Source: Felis catus (taxonomy: Eukaryota). From it: a stretch of 64,000 bases of DNA. How positions within the stretch are numbered: position 1 is the stretch's first letter; every line of letters begins with the position of its first letter. Under the pieces are notes generated by a model. That model was not told the origin of the DNA, searched no databases, and saw only the letters and a list, made by a program, of their open reading frames with translations. This document shows positions 1 to 13,556 of the stretch, piece after piece. Made by a program: the position numbers and the translations under genes. Where the stretch lies: the NCBI RefSeq assembly GCF_018350175.1, contig NC_058368.1, positions 56,980,001 to 57,044,000 of the forward strand. Reading direction: 5' to 3'.

Positions 1-82
1 TTTAGTGTCTAACTCTTTATCTCAGCTCGGGTCTTGATCTCAGAGTAGTAGTTCAGTCCCCTTGTTGGACCCCACAAAAAAA
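1..82 (+). mobile_element. Short CanSINE, truncated by window start
   Basis: ctcagctcgggtcttgatctcag...agttcagtccc head followed by an A tail. Confidence 0.7.
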
Positions 83-132
83 GTTTTAAAGTTTTGCTTT
101 TTAAGCATAAACAATTGGTGTCATGCAGTCAT

Positions 133-133
<1 letters not shown>

Positions 134-170
<37 letters not shown>

Positions 171-190
171 TATGTGTGCACATATGTGTG
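134..190. repeat. (TG)n microsatellite with degenerate tail
   Basis: Directly visible. Confidence 0.95.
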
Positions 191-1469
191 TATTTGTATA
201 TGATGTAAGTAAGGTAGCCATCCTTTCCTCCACCAAACTGCAATGTCAGTGCAATATAAAGCATCTGTACGTGTTTGCCACAGTACTATTTTTGAAAAAT
301 TATTGGGATTGTTATCTTAAATATTATTTTTATAGATACCTAATAATGAATAATTGCCTAAATTAAGGCTTTTATGTTTTTTCTAATGACTCATGTTCAC
401 ATTCTGAGTAGTCCCCTTGACTTGCTTTTGAATTGCATTTGAATTTGGATAGTTCTTGCATGTTTCAACTGTTCCTCGCAGATGTGTTGGCAGCAGAAAA
501 TTCTCTGATTATAGGTTTAAATATATGAGATGTTGACCAAAAGAATGGGAAAAGGGAAAATGGAGAGAAAAGAGGTATTTCCCTCTACACAGAAAGATGT
601 GCGGCTTACACAATCCTACGTATATGTGTAGCATTCACAAGACCATTTGGAAGTATATTTAGAGTAGAATGTCTATACGTAGGTGAATATTACAGTAATT
701 TCTACATAAGATCAAAATTTATAGATATCACCTTTTTAAAACTAAGAACATGACAAAACTAGGTCATCTCAGGTAGATTTCAGTTAGTAACTTGGAACAG
801 TGTGTATTTATATCACTTTTTGGAGACTTTATATAACAGATTTTAAAATGTAAAGACTTTTCTAAGAATACTGTATTGTAATAGTGGTTATAACCAGATA
901 ATGGAGAAGGAATACTAAATTCTATTATTCATGAAAATTTGCTGCAAGAGGAAATTTAGAAATAACACATTTCAACCCTTCAGTACAGTCCTAAAATTAG
1001 CCCACTACATTTTAGAGGTAGAGCAAAATCCAAGATAAATACAATGTTGGGATCAAATGAAATTGTTAACAATGCCTATAATGAAAGACAAAATTACACT
1101 TTGGTTGTGGGGGCTGAGAAGAGACAGATTGGACCAAAAACGTTAAATTTAGATGAAGAAGAAATAGCTCCATCTTTGACCCAGAAGAACTGCACACTAA
1201 ATATATTCTTTCATTCACAATAGAGAAACATGTGTTTAAAAGAATTGCAGTTCAATTGTCCTCTTCCATAAAAAAACCATTTCCAAAAGTAGAAAATGAA
1301 ACTGCTTGATTATTTATAATAAAAGATGTGAAGACAAAGAGATTAGCAAATAAAGGGGATTAGCTTTTTGATGAAAGTGGATGATGTCAATGGAATGCAT
1401 ACATGAAGGGGGGATCTTTTAACTAAGATTCAGTGTCGATATCACATTTTCATATTATTGTTAATGACC

Positions 1470-1559
1470 ATTACTATTACTGCTGGCATATATTGAGTCT
1501 TTATTCTGTGTCACATAGTATGTTAACTGTACAGATCATTTTTTAAGTTTACTTATTTT

Positions 1560-1607
<48 letters not shown>

Positions 1608-1975
1608 AAGCCTGAGCACATGCATGCATGAGCGGAGGAGGGGCATTGAGAGAGGGAGAAAGAGAGAATCCCTAGCCGGCTCCATGCTATCAGCACAGAG
1701 CACAAAGCAAGGTTCCATCTCACAAACCATGAGATCATAACCTGAGCCAAAGCTGACTCAGCTGCTTAACCAACTGAGTCACCCTGGTGCCCCTATAGAT
1801 CATTTCAATTAATTGAAAAAATCTGTTGGTCAGGTGATATTGACATATTCACTATATTGACAAGGTAACTCAAACTGAAAGAGGTTAGTTTACTTAGACA
1901 AGGTCATATTATATTATTAGAAGATGATGAAATTTGAATTCATATCCAGGCAGAATGATTCAAAGGACTGACTTT
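1470..1975 (-). mobile_element. MIR fragment interrupted by a CanSINE
   Basis: Antisense MIR-like core aaactgaaagaggttagtttacttagacaaggtca...atttgaattc. Confidence 0.55.
1541..1793 (-). mobile_element. CanSINE
   Basis: Antisense tRNA-derived head, (GA)n tract, T tail; TSD-like ta(c/t)agatcattt on both sides. Confidence 0.95.
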
Positions 1976-2989
1976 TCATCACGATGTGTTTTGGAACCTT
2001 CTTTCTCCTAAATAATTATTATAACAATATTTAATGTATACAGTTGAACAATGGAGAAAAATAGCCAAACTTTTCAAAGAGGATTAAATGCTGACTCTGA
2101 GCTAACATTAGTTCCTATGAATGCTAAACTACCACTTTGAACTGCCAATCTGAGTGGGAGTTTATGGGCACCAGATAATAAAAGATATTCTAACAAAACT
2201 CACTTTGTGTTGGGAGCAGTTCACTTTTAAAATACTGTGATTATTTCTTCAGCTCTTGCCATTACTTTGGAATTCAAGTGGCCAAATCCTATGTTAGCTT
2301 CCACCCTGTGGTAGAAGTCCTATGCTAATAGGATGGTCTAAGGTCCAATTTACTACAGAAATAATAAATTAAAATGCTGCATGTCTGGAGATATATTAAG
2401 AAATTGTATTTCCACAAAGATTTCAAAAATGCATGTGATATTATTCCTGTCACATATTTTATATATTGTTTATTAGTTTGATAAGTGGAAAAGACTGAGG
2501 CATCTTGTAGATTAATGGTAGATTAATAAATATTGATGACTCTGTTTCATTTGCTCCCCCAAATTTAAGTCAATTGTAGGCACTGGTTTGAGCCTATTGA
2601 TGTTGTTAATAAATGTCTATCCTTTTCAAGAATAGGAACCTCCAGAAGTTTTTGCATGACAAGAATATCAGTATACATTTTCATGCTATTTTATTATTAT
2701 GTTAACACCCCCAATCTGTAATTCATTATGTTAGTTTGCAAAATTCTTAATACTTCCTCCTCTCTACTAGACATGTCTTCCTCTAGGACATATATTTATG
2801 GTAATAAATATTTAGAAAGTACCTTGGACTTCTTTATAAGATGTGTGAGAGAAGCAAGAGATACATTCCATATAAATACAGAGAAGTTCCTATGGATCCT
2901 ATGGCCTGGGCCTGGGCCATATAGAGATCCAGATTCCAAAATGAAAAATAAATAAGTGCCATAATTTAGAAACCTTATCCTTATAAAGG

Positions 2990-3002
2990 GTATATATATG
3001 TA

Positions 3003-3053
<51 letters not shown>

Positions 3054-3098
3054 GTACATATATATATGCACATATATATATATATATATATATACACA
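2990..3098. repeat. Compound (TA)n/(TG)n microsatellite
   Basis: Directly visible. Confidence 0.95.
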
Positions 3099-3189
3099 CT
3101 CCTTTCTAGTTTAATTTTGATTATTTGAAGTGACATGTAACACATTTACATTGTTCACTAATATTTGTTTGTCCAGTGAATCACAATAT

Positions 3190-4230
3190 TAACAACTTTG
3201 AGTGGGATCCTGAATAACTAAAGGCTAGAAATAAGTAGAGGTATGACAAAGTACTATTCTGGAGATGATACTCACTGACATAGAGGATTCAGGAAATGGA
3301 TTAAATTTAAGATGAAAGATGAGTTGAGTTTAGAAATATACATTTTCAGTAAAATCAAGATACCCAAAAAGAGATATGTGGATGGAACATGTAGATTTAG
3401 TGTCATAAACATTCACAAGTGCAATGAAGCCATGGCACAAACTGAAGTCTCTAAGGATAAAGTGTATGAAGGAAGAATTAGAGGGGTGAAGGATAGAAAC
3501 CTTCATTGGAGAGTTCAGAGGGGGATAATTTTCCCTCTACTTTTCTGAGTTATTAGCTGAGACTCCTGTGATAAAAAGATAGATTAAAATAGAGAAAATA
3601 AATTTATTAACATGTATACCACATGTATATGTGGGAGATACCCAGGGAAAAATGAGTGACGTCCTGAGATGCCTTAGAATTAAGACTTGAATACCATCTT
3701 CATATGGAAATGGAAGTGGAAATGTAGGCCTCCTGCCAGAGAATAAAAATTTTTGTTTTGTTTTGTTTTGTTTAGGAAAAATGAATGGGCCTTGTAGAAA
3801 AATAGATGGGAGTGTGATAGCTTGTGACAAAGTTTTGGTGTGATGTTGACTTTCAGTCACCTCTCATGTGATGAAATGCCCTGGGAAGGGATTTATGACA
3901 ATTGAGTTCCTTGGATCTGACTTTAGGTAGATAAGGGAAGTTCAGAAAAAGGCTGTCAATGCATTTGCTCTTATTCAAGTACCTACAGCTCAAAATAATT
4001 ATTATACCAAAGAAGCGTATTTGGGGGTGGTATGCCCTGGACTCCTGCAGGCATATTTTGGAGTAGCAATTTCTCCTGCTCCTTGACAAAAATAAGTAGA
4101 GAATTAACCATAAGGGTGAAAAAAGGAATTTGAAGAAATACAGGCATCACTGGAGCAAAGCGGGTTTCTAGATGGTGTCAAATATTGTAGAGATTAAGAT
4201 TGATGACAATCCACTTAGTTGTCTCATTTA
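3190..4230 (-). mobile_element. L2 fragment split by a MER34-like LTR
   Basis: Antisense L2-like text on both sides of the LTR (gatgagttgagtttagaaat...; gtgtcaaatattgtagagattaagattgatgac). Confidence 0.45.
3519..4049 (-). mobile_element. MER34/MER39-like solo LTR (ERV1)
   Basis: Minus strand begins TGCAGGAGTCCAGGGCATACCACCCCCAAATACGCTTCTTTGGTATAATAATTATTTTGAGCTG, resembling the MER34A 5' end; AATAAA near the other end. Confidence 0.75.
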
Positions 4231-4239
4231 ACTCATTGG

Positions 4240-5290
4240 TAAGATTTCTGCTCCTGAGTGAAGGTAGTAGGCAACAGAATCATACTCCCACTAAAGACAG
4301 CTGGGAAAGCTAGGTAAAACATTAAAATCATATAATTAAAGTCATCAGATAAGTATGCATGCAAATAGGATTAGATTGGATGAACTTCCAACCAGTGCTT
4401 CTCAGAAATGAGGTGAGGATTGCAGACATTTTCAGCCAGGGGATTCTTCATTATTAGTGTAGCCTAAGGAATGAGGTTTGGCACAGGCAGAGCTCCCTGC
4501 TGGCACAGAGAGTTCCCAGCAAATCTTGTACTGATTGTGTAGGGCTGCAGTGACAAGATTGGAAATTTGATAATCCTGAAAAATGTGGTGATTTTCCCTA
4601 CATGATATTTGCTGAAGTCTGGCTGCGTATGTTGTTGGCAGCTGGATTGAAAGCTTCTGTAAAGCAGCATGCAATCTTCCACATCTCAAGGGATTCAGGA
4701 AACAAAAAACTACCAAGGACAGGGGTCAGAAAATAAAACAGATATGAATTGAATGTCAGAGAGTGAAGGTCTAATTGTCAATGAGGGTCCTATTGTTACT
4801 TGCTACTTTTCTACCCAGCTAAAAGGCCCTTACAGCTAAAAGGCTTAGATTTTAGCCTTGGACCTTCTGTGGGGTACAAGAACCCAACAGAGATGCTAAA
4901 GCATTTGCACAGGAATGGAATGATGAACTTTGACTTGTGGAGCCAGATTTTCCCTCATGGCATGTGCAAGTTTTGAAGTTGAATGAGGCAAAAACCTGCA
5001 TTAATACTAACCTAGATTAATACTAAAATCTCTGAAGAGCAGAAATGACTGTCTCTCAATCATTTAGATCTAAGTACCAAGACACACTGGCCTCTCAATG
5101 AAAACCTTGCAGAATCATGCTGAAGTATGGGTGACAAACTAGAGTGTAACTAAGCCTTACCCAAACTGTAGCTCAGCCCTCATCCAATTGCCTGATCAGC
5201 ATTAGCAATAAGTTTTCTCTCTCTTTCTAAGAGAGTCGAACAAAATCTCTTCTTTAGAAGACAAGATCATCTACAATAGGGCCTTTTCAG
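4240..5290 (+). mobile_element. Possible ancient L1M 5' region
   Basis: Start (atttctgctcctgagtgaaggtagtaggcaacagaatcatactcccactaaagacagctgggaaagc) resembles old L1MC/MD 5' ends; extent uncertain. Confidence 0.35.
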
Positions 5291-7639
5291 TTACTTGGTG
5301 CACAGAATATGTTTTTTCCTGAGTATTTTGGTTTTACACATTGGAATTTTACAGGTGGATAAATAGGGTCTTGGCATAATATGAAAAATTTGATTTATAA
5401 GTCTGGGGGGAAATCAATAGAGAAGTTATCGTAATGGTAATCTCCATCATTTTGAAAGAACACCTAATATCTTTCAGAGTAGTTTGATGAAATTTTGGTC
5501 TATGCCACCCTACAAAACCTTCCAAAACTTATTGTAAGTTTGCTGTGTGGCATTAAGTATCTATTGATATTCCTGTGGGGGCCATAGCAGGGACGTACAG
5601 GACAGATGTGGTAAGTAGACAAAAGGGATCTAGAAGGGTATGCCATTGTTGTTAGGATATGTAGTATGATCAAAAGAGGATCTAGGAGCAGTGCCAACAT
5701 GAAGTTTTGTGTTTCACATTTTGTTTTCCAGAGACATTATAGACTTAGGGGAGGGTGAAAAAGAATCTGTTAGTTCTTTAAGGCTGCTCTTTGAGTTGAG
5801 AGCAGTTTTATGAGAAGTGACTTATCCGATTGTTACATCTGATGGGAAGAAATCAAAATTCTCTGTGGACTTTAATGGTTTCAGTGGGCCATGACAGCCA
5901 ACCAGATTTATATTATTTTACCAGAAAAATCTGAAACTGTATATTATCAGACAGAATCCTGAGTAGAATATGACCTCTTTGCCTAAGTCTTCTTGTAAGA
6001 CGCTGTTGGGTTAACTTGGAAATTAGCCAGGGCTTTGCAGAAGGCAAGCTGCAGTGTATAATGTTATAAATGACCATGACACCTTTTGGAAGCTAGATTC
6101 CATTTACTAAGTCCCTAATCGAAGGGATATATTTATAAGGACCAAGGGAAACCCAGAATGTGGGATAGATGTGTCGGTGTCAATGAGGGTTCTAGACATG
6201 GCAAAACACAGGCTTCCCAGACTCATGAGTTGTGGCAGATAAGCTGGAAGGAGCGGCTCTGATGAGGAAGAACTGGCAAGCACTAAGATATGCTTCTCTC
6301 TCAGTGTCTGGAAAGGCTGTGAGCTTAGGGACTTGGCTAGTTTGTCATGCAAGGTACCTGGGGTCTTCTCAGAACTGTAACCAGCAGACGAGGGCATTTA
6401 CTCCATCTTCAAGTCAAACAAACTGAAGAGAGTGTTACTAATCATCACAGACAGAGAGATGATGCCCAAATGATCCTTGCTGCAGGGAAACTCTAAGAAT
6501 AGATTTTCCGGTTGGAGAAGGAAACTTCTATCATCTCCTCCTCTTCTAAAAGCTAAAACAGAAAATACATCACATACTTCTGTGAGCCCAAAGCTGAGAG
6601 GCTCCTGTGCTGCTGTTGCTGTGAGGAAAAAGAGGGCATAGGGTTTGGGGCTGAAAATCACATCTTCCTACCTCCCCAGAACACATCCCTCATTACTTCT
6701 AATCCAACGCTCATCGACCTCCCTCCTTCACAGATGCCACAGGGCTAGGCTGGAGCTCTCTTCAGCTCTCTAAGAAGGCACATATATTCTCATATTAGAC
6801 TAAATGTGTATGAGTTTGCAAAAAGATACAGAAATAAAACCACAAACATTATACTTTTGTCTAAAGATAACATCTGGTTAAGGAAAAAAATATATAATAG
6901 CAATATTTAAACTTCTGTATGTTAAAGTATGAAAAAATTACATCGACCAGTTTTACTGGAGAGAAGAGAAAAAAACTATCCTTGGGACAATATTGGATGA
7001 ACTGAAATTAGGGTAAATAGTGGCTCATGATACAATCTAATCAAAAGTTTATCACACTTTCTTACTCTTTAAGTTATATTTACCTTTTATCTTGACATTT
7101 ATTTGTTAAAGTGATATTAATTACCTCACAATTAATTAACCATAATTAAATAGTAACTGCGTCAATTTATATTTAATTTACATAGATATGGATATATACC
7201 CTTACTTTAATAAGCATGGTAGTGGGTCTAAACTGTGAAACATTTTTGTTTAGTAAATATAATTGCATGGGATTATATTATTCATCTATGCTTGAGTTAA
7301 ATCCTGGGTCAGTTTCATTATGTCGGTTAATGAATGAAAGCTGGAAGTCAATGGGCACAAGATTCAAATGCACCAAATAACCTGATTCCTGGGAGAAAAG
7401 AATAATAATAATTGTCTCCTTATAAACCCATATATTTGATGACAAATATCACACACGGTATAATATTTCAAACTCATTTTATTCCTTGTCAATTTAAAAC
7501 TGATATTTACCTATTTGAGGAGCTTTGTTCACGTTATTTCCCTTAAAACAGTTAATGTATCTATATGAAAGAATAGCATACATCTATAGTTCTATATAAA
7601 CTACCACCTCTTTGTCTCTAAAAATAAGACTAATTAGGT

Positions 7640-7840
7640 AATAATGTTTATAGTGTTCTAATGTAAACTCTTATTTAATATTCATAACAATGTTGAAAAA
7701 GAGGTGATGTACCCACTTCACACCTTTGAAAATACAGTCAGAGAGGTTAATTAACTGTGGTTAAGTAGATGGTAAACAGTTGGGATTTAAACCTAGATCC
7801 CAATAGTCCTGATCATGGTAAACGTATGATGCTGCCTCTC
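7640..7840 (-). mobile_element. MIR fragment
   Basis: aaaatacagtcagagaggttaattaact...tgggatttaaacctagatc. Confidence 0.6.
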
Positions 7841-8035
7841 TGGCTTAGAAAGTTACTATTCAATGGATAAGAGCTATTTGTTCTGATGTCTTCAAAATAT
7901 TTTTAAAACTGCATGTAGGACATGCACATTTTAGAATCAAATAAATAATAAATATCAAATCTTACTTTCAGTGAAATGATTATATAAATGATACAGGAAT
8001 TTCACAAATTCTGACCTCATACAAGAGCTCATTTT

Positions 8036-8139
8036 GGGGCGCCTGGCTGGCTCAGTAGGTAGAGCCTGCAACTCTTGATCTCAGCGTCGTGAGTTCAAGC
8101 CCCACGTTGGGTGTGAAGCCTACTTAAAAAAAAAAAAAA
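8036..8139 (+). mobile_element. Short CanSINE (no CT tract)
   Basis: ggggcgcctggctggctcagtaggtagagc...A14; ctcattt duplicated on both sides. Confidence 0.93.
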
Positions 8140-8598
8140 CTCATTTCAAATCCATCATACTTGTTGACTCCAATATTAATTACTGTGAGATAAGCTCAAA
8201 GGAAGAAGCAAATCCTTACCTATCAGCAATCTGTGCTGGATTTTTCTTTTTATACCATGTGGAAGGAGTTACGAGTGCTGGTTTGGCTATGACTTTGCTC
8301 CCTATCAAGATGCAAGGGCAATTGTTAAGAAACTGGTATGGGCAATTCAAAGTGAGAGTCAGATATGAAAGGAGGTAAAGGATCAGGGCAGCATAAGGAG
8401 TTATTGTGGAGGTTTGCTGTGCAACAGGATGTTGATGAGAGATGAATAAAAGAAAGAAGAATGAAGGAGGAGAAAATGTTAAGTCTCCATTGTCTAGGGC
8501 TGGAAGTGGTTAAAGCTGAAAACCACATAAAATGCCCTCATTTCCTATCATACTAGGATTTTCAAATCCAAAGTAAGTCAAAGGGCCTTTACTCTAGA

Positions 8599-8790
8599 GC
8601 AGTGTTTTCCAAACATAGTTTGCCTTAGTATTATCTGGGAAGCTAAGGCTCAAAAACAAACAAACAAACAAAAAACAAAACAAAACAAAACAAAAAGCTC
8701 ATGCCCTGGGCTCCATTGCTCAATGTTATGATTCAGTCCAGTTTGGGAAGGGGCAGAGCAATCCACTTCCTGATTATAATTAGAAGCCAG
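8599..8790. mobile_element. MER5-like hAT MITE containing an (AAAC)n tract
   Basis: cagtgttttccaaac...attatctgggaagct...tgccctgggctcc...tatgattcagt. Confidence 0.55.
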
Positions 8791-9064
8791 TTCCGCAGAG
8801 CATTCCTTTATTTATTTATTTTCTGATGGTCTATGAAGTTGCATCTCTGTGTTTATTATTTTGAGGATTGAGAAAACAATCTTTTCTTTTTGGGAAAGCA
8901 ATCATTTTATTATCCCAAGATACTCTACTTCATGGTCTATTATCCCTGAACTTCTTTAAGCCTATATTATGGAAGTAGAGCAAATTCAAAGGGCTATTTG
9001 TGGGCCAAAGTTATATCTTAATGCTTACATATTTAATGCCTAAACACTTTAGGCTTGTTAGTTA

Positions 9065-9655
9065 AATTTACTAAATATGGAAAATGTAATTGACTAACAA
9101 CAGCCATTTTTCTCTTTTCTGCTTTGCTAACAGGACCCCAGTTTTGTTAGTTATGTAGTGATAATGTTCTCCAGGAAGTAAATAACAAGAGTTGATTCAT
9201 AAATATGCCAATTATGTAATCAATTATAGTAATATAATTCCCTGTTACCAGAGATTGGTTTATAGTGTGTGCCAACCAATAGACTATAAAAAGGCACTCT
9301 TACAGAGTTTCTGAAAACCCTGATTTTCCTCTATGATAAAAACTGGGGACCTCTGAGGGTATCATTTACTGCTTTGGGACACTGTTTTATGAGTTATATG
9401 ATGCTTGGAACTGGTGATATTTGAAATTGCTGTCACCATCTTAAAATTGTAGAAGAGGATTTAACCAAGACATTGAAGGCAAAGAAGAAATATTCAAAGA
9501 GCCATAGTCCTTGGGGACATCATACAGCCTGTGTGCCAATCCTGCTTCTGCCCACCTCTGAACTTCTTATCTCGAGATATTTCAGATGTTTTCATTGTTC
9601 AAGTCACTTTCAGTTAGGTATTATTTTATTGCCACTGGTACATTGATTTATACTT
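9065..9655 (+). mobile_element. Old MLT1 (MaLR) LTR
   Basis: tgatgcttggaactgg...caccatctt...gccaatcctgcttctgcccacctctgaacttcttat...tcagttaggtatt. Confidence 0.55.
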
Positions 9656-10867
9656 TTCCCTTCCTAGCAAGGTATTTTTTTTTTACTTAAACATGTTCAG
9701 AATTCTGAAGCTACAGGGTACTGCTCAGATCACTCTGGTACCACATGAGATCTTTGTTCATTATTTTAGCACTGCAACATTATCACGCTCACCTTACAGC
9801 ACATTTCCCCCAAGGGTCTCAACGTTTCCAACCGATAGCTTTAGCACGGGTTACTTAAATTTTCTTCAAGATGACTAGATTTTAAAAAATAAGAATCCTG
9901 TTGTTTTCCATATGTGCTGATTAAAATGAGCAGCAGACCAAGGTGAGTTTATTAAAAACAGCAAGAATTGTAGCATGGAAGAGAAAGGCCAACCAGTAGG
10001 GAGCACCGCAAAATTAAAATTACAACGTAACCAAGCTGTGCTGTCAAAATCCATCGAGTTTTGTCTCTTAACTCTGGTGGGGAAATGTGAAGAGGCTGGA
10101 GTGAAAAATATTATTTCTGAGGTCTGGAGGGCAAAAGAGGCAAAGTAATTCCTGGCTAAGCAGAAATTAGTTGAGTTCAGTGGGGCCTGTATGCAAGATG
10201 CCGGGGGTGACGAGAGAGGCGAGAGAACTGATCGAAAAGACCCATTGTGGAGCTGGAGGAACACATGTGTACAGTCACTACAATTCAAGGCAGAAGTGCA
10301 GCCAACTCTAAAATGGACCAGCTTTGGCACAAATCTTTGTCCTGGCATTAACAAGTTGTGAAACTTTATCAAAAATAATTTATTCCAGGGGTTCAGCTGC
10401 ATTCCAAATTAGGGAAATAAGATCTAACAAATAGGGCTATGGAGAAGCTTAAATGGAAGCTCACATGCAAACTACTTAGCATATTTCCTGGCCCATAATA
10501 TATATGCAGTAAGTGTTATGTAATTATTTTTTGAAAAAATGATTAATATATACATATATTTCTCTAGAGCTATATGGAAAGAAAAGGGATAGCTATACGG
10601 GTATCAGAAGTGATTAAATAATTGGTAATTAGGTATTTTTAAAAGTGATGAAACAATCTATGATTTGGTCACACTCCTAGGTTCAGTCAAGAAAAAAAAT
10701 TCATAACCCAGAATAAAAAGGACAGTAAGTTCAGCTATTCACTGAAACTGTTAAAGAAAATCCTGTCGTTAAAATACAAGGAATCATGAGACTTAGGATG
10801 CTTTATTTTGTCTGCGTCAGACTATTTCTTTTTTTTTTTTTATTATAGCAAAATCTTTTACAAACAT

Positions 10868-11085
10868 TATTTTTCAATTGGTGATAGATTTTGTTCCTTG
10901 GGTAACATTTGGCAATATCTGGAGATGTTTTTAGTTGTCCCAACAGGCCAAGGATTGGCACTTGAATCTAGTGGGTAGATGCCAGAGAAGCAGCTAAGCA
11001 TCCCACAGTGCACAGAATCCCTACTCCCCAGCAAAGAATTATCTGGCTCAAAATATCAATACTGCAAAGTTTAAGAAACCCACCT
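10868..11085 (+). mobile_element. MER20 hAT MITE
   Basis: acatttggcaatatctggagatgtttttagttgtc...atctagtgggtagatgccagagaagcagctaagcatcccacagtgcacag...aagaattatctggctcaaaatatcaata. Confidence 0.85.
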
Positions 11086-11109
11086 TAAATTTTATTAACA
11101 CTTATTTTA

Positions 11110-11326
11110 TTTTTTGAATTTATTTTAATGTTTATTTCTGAGACAGAGAGTGACAGAGCATGAGTGGGGAAGGGGCAGAGAGGGAGGGAGACACAGAATC
11201 AGAAGCAGGCTCCAGGCTTTGAGCTGTCTGCACAGAGCCCAACGCGGGGCTCAAACTCACAAATCATGAGATCATGACCTGAGCCGAAGTTGGGTAGCCC
11301 AACCGACTGAGCCACCCAGGCGCCCC
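11110..11326 (-). mobile_element. CanSINE (felid type)
   Basis: Full antisense copy; TSD ttattaac(a/c)cttatttt. Confidence 0.96.
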
Positions 11327-11363
11327 TTATTAACCCTTATTTTTTAAAAATAAGGGTTACTGT

Positions 11364-11365
<2 letters not shown>

Positions 11366-11397
<32 letters not shown>
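11366..11397. repeat. (TG)n microsatellite
   Basis: Directly visible. Confidence 0.95.
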
Positions 11398-11398
<1 letters not shown>

Positions 11399-11871
11399 AA
11401 GAATAAAGGCATGCAATAAATAGGTAGATATTCAATAGGCAAGCAGTGAGAAAGATGAGAAAAATGAAGCCTTGATAATCACCTAGTCTGAGCTGCAAAA
11501 CCTACTACTTGCATTATAAAATTCACTGGATTTAAATGGCAAATTCAGCACTAAGATCCAGAGTTTGGTGTTCCTAAATCAAGGTGTATTCCCTGAGATT
11601 GTCTCTTAAATATCAGTATTAGAGTTAGTTATTTTTGTTTCATTGGGGTTCTGGTAAACACATTCAAGTGTCTGAAATGGTGGTGATGATATTTCTTATT
11701 TTATGTTGTATCATCTCAAAAGCAGTGGTTTCTATTTCACTGTACATGTTTTTATAGAATTTGGGGTTCCTGGTCATATAGAAAAGCATTCATGAGTATT
11801 CTAGAATCTATCCACTCTTGGATTTATAAGGTAAATGACAGCAATACATCATCTTAAAAATAACAAAACTT

Positions 11872-12074
11872 GGGGAGCCTGGGTGGCTCAGTCGGCTAAG
11901 CATCAGACTGTTGATTTCAGCTCAGGTCATGATCTCATGGTTTGAGAGACTAAGTTCCTCATAGGGCTCTGCACTGGGTGTGGAGCCTGCTTGAGATTCT
12001 CTCTCTCTCCCCCTCCCTCTACCCCACCCCCAGGCACTCCCTGACTCTCTCTCTCAAAAAAGCTTAAGTAAATA
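11872..12074 (+). mobile_element. CanSINE
   Basis: Head, CT tract and tail; TSD aaaaataacaaa. Confidence 0.95.
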
Positions 12075-13069
12075 AAAATAACAAAGCCTTTATGTCCTTC
12101 CTACTGACATAATACAATGGAAAATTGTGTGCTAATTCTTTAGATCTTACATATTGACTGTTCATAATTATGATCACTATGAGAGAAAGTGTGCATTTTC
12201 TTTGTTAACTGTACAAGTTCTGACTCAGAAACAAAATTAATCGCTAGAAGAAATATACCCTTGACCTTTTCAAATATGTATTGTCAGCTGTGTTGTTTCA
12301 CATGGTACAATAGGGTAAAAGAATGCCTATACTTCCTAGTGAGACACGGTGTTACTAATTCAAGCTGTGGGTACTGCAGGGAAAGAACACCTATTCCTGA
12401 ACTCCTCTGCATTCCCCTCTTCTACCAGAGCAAGGAATTATAGGGCCAGAGCTGGCGATCCCACAACCTCTCAGTGAGCCCATGTTTCTCACTGGTTCCC
12501 AAGGGCTGCAGTCTGCTGTGTCAGTGGGAAATTGGATGCAAGCATCAAATGCAGAATTCCTTTCTTCATCAGCAAAGATTGCAAACCATGAAAAGCCCCA
12601 GAATCAGTGTCATGAGGACATTCTTCAATGCCCACAGGTTTGGATATTCATTAAACTCACTAATAATGAGTTGTCCATCACTGGAAGTATTCACATATAG
12701 AATAATATGGATGGATGTCTTAGAAGGGAATCAAGCATTGAGTGAGTGGCAGGAATAAAAAATATCTAGCATTTCTTCCATGCCTGACATTTTTAATCAG
12801 CATTTTATACTATACACTTTCCATATTATATAATAGAAAACAAATATCACTAGCAAAAATGCATAGGAATATGGGGGGGAGGGGAAGTACCTAAACCTTT
12901 TTTTATAAAAGTAGTGGCTAATGTGAATTTGCACAATTATTTTTCATAAGAACACATTCCACCTGTTTCTGATTTCTCTTAAAATACTTATAGTGAGGAA
13001 AAGAATAAATTTATGTAAATAATTTTTTTTGTATTTCTTTCTCTCTATTGTTTTGAGGTTTGATACTTA

Positions 13070-13556
13070 TGACAAGTAGACTAATGGCCTTCAAAAGATG
13101 TCCACACCCTAATTCCTGAACCTCTGAAACCTGTAAATATCTTATATTACATGCAAAGGGTAATTATGGTAGCAAATGAAATTAAAGTTGATAAGCAAGT
13201 AACATTGAGATGAGGGATTATCCTGGGTTATCAGAGTTGCACCATGTAATCAAAAGTGTTCTTAAATGTGGAAGGAAGAAGAGTCAGAGTGATGCAATGT
13301 GAGAAAGACGTGATCAGTCATTGTTGGTTTTGAAGATAAAATAGGGCAAAGAATTCTAGAAGCTGGAAAAGGCCACGAAACAAATCTCTACTAAAGCCTC
13401 CAGAAGGGAATGCAGGGCTGCCAACACCTTGTTCTCAGCCAGGTGAGACCAAATTACCCACTTCTGACCCTCAGATCTATGGGAGAGTTGATCTGTGCTG
13501 TTTTATGCCACTCAGTTTGTATTACTTTGTAACAGCAGAAATAGGAAGCTAATGTA
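13070..13556 (+). mobile_element. MLT1D-like MaLR solo LTR
   Basis: aatggccttcaaaagatgtccacaccctaattcctg...gagggattatcctgggtta...agcctccagaagggaatgcag...tttgtaacagcagaaataggaagctaat. Confidence 0.85.

Noticed and set aside
8036..8110. tRNA-like A/B boxes
   Set aside because: tRNA-derived SINE head with an A tail, not a tRNA gene.
9875..10402. Longest ORF (175 aa, minus strand)
   Set aside because: No recognisable domain or exon structure; an ORF of this length can arise by chance in 64 kb.
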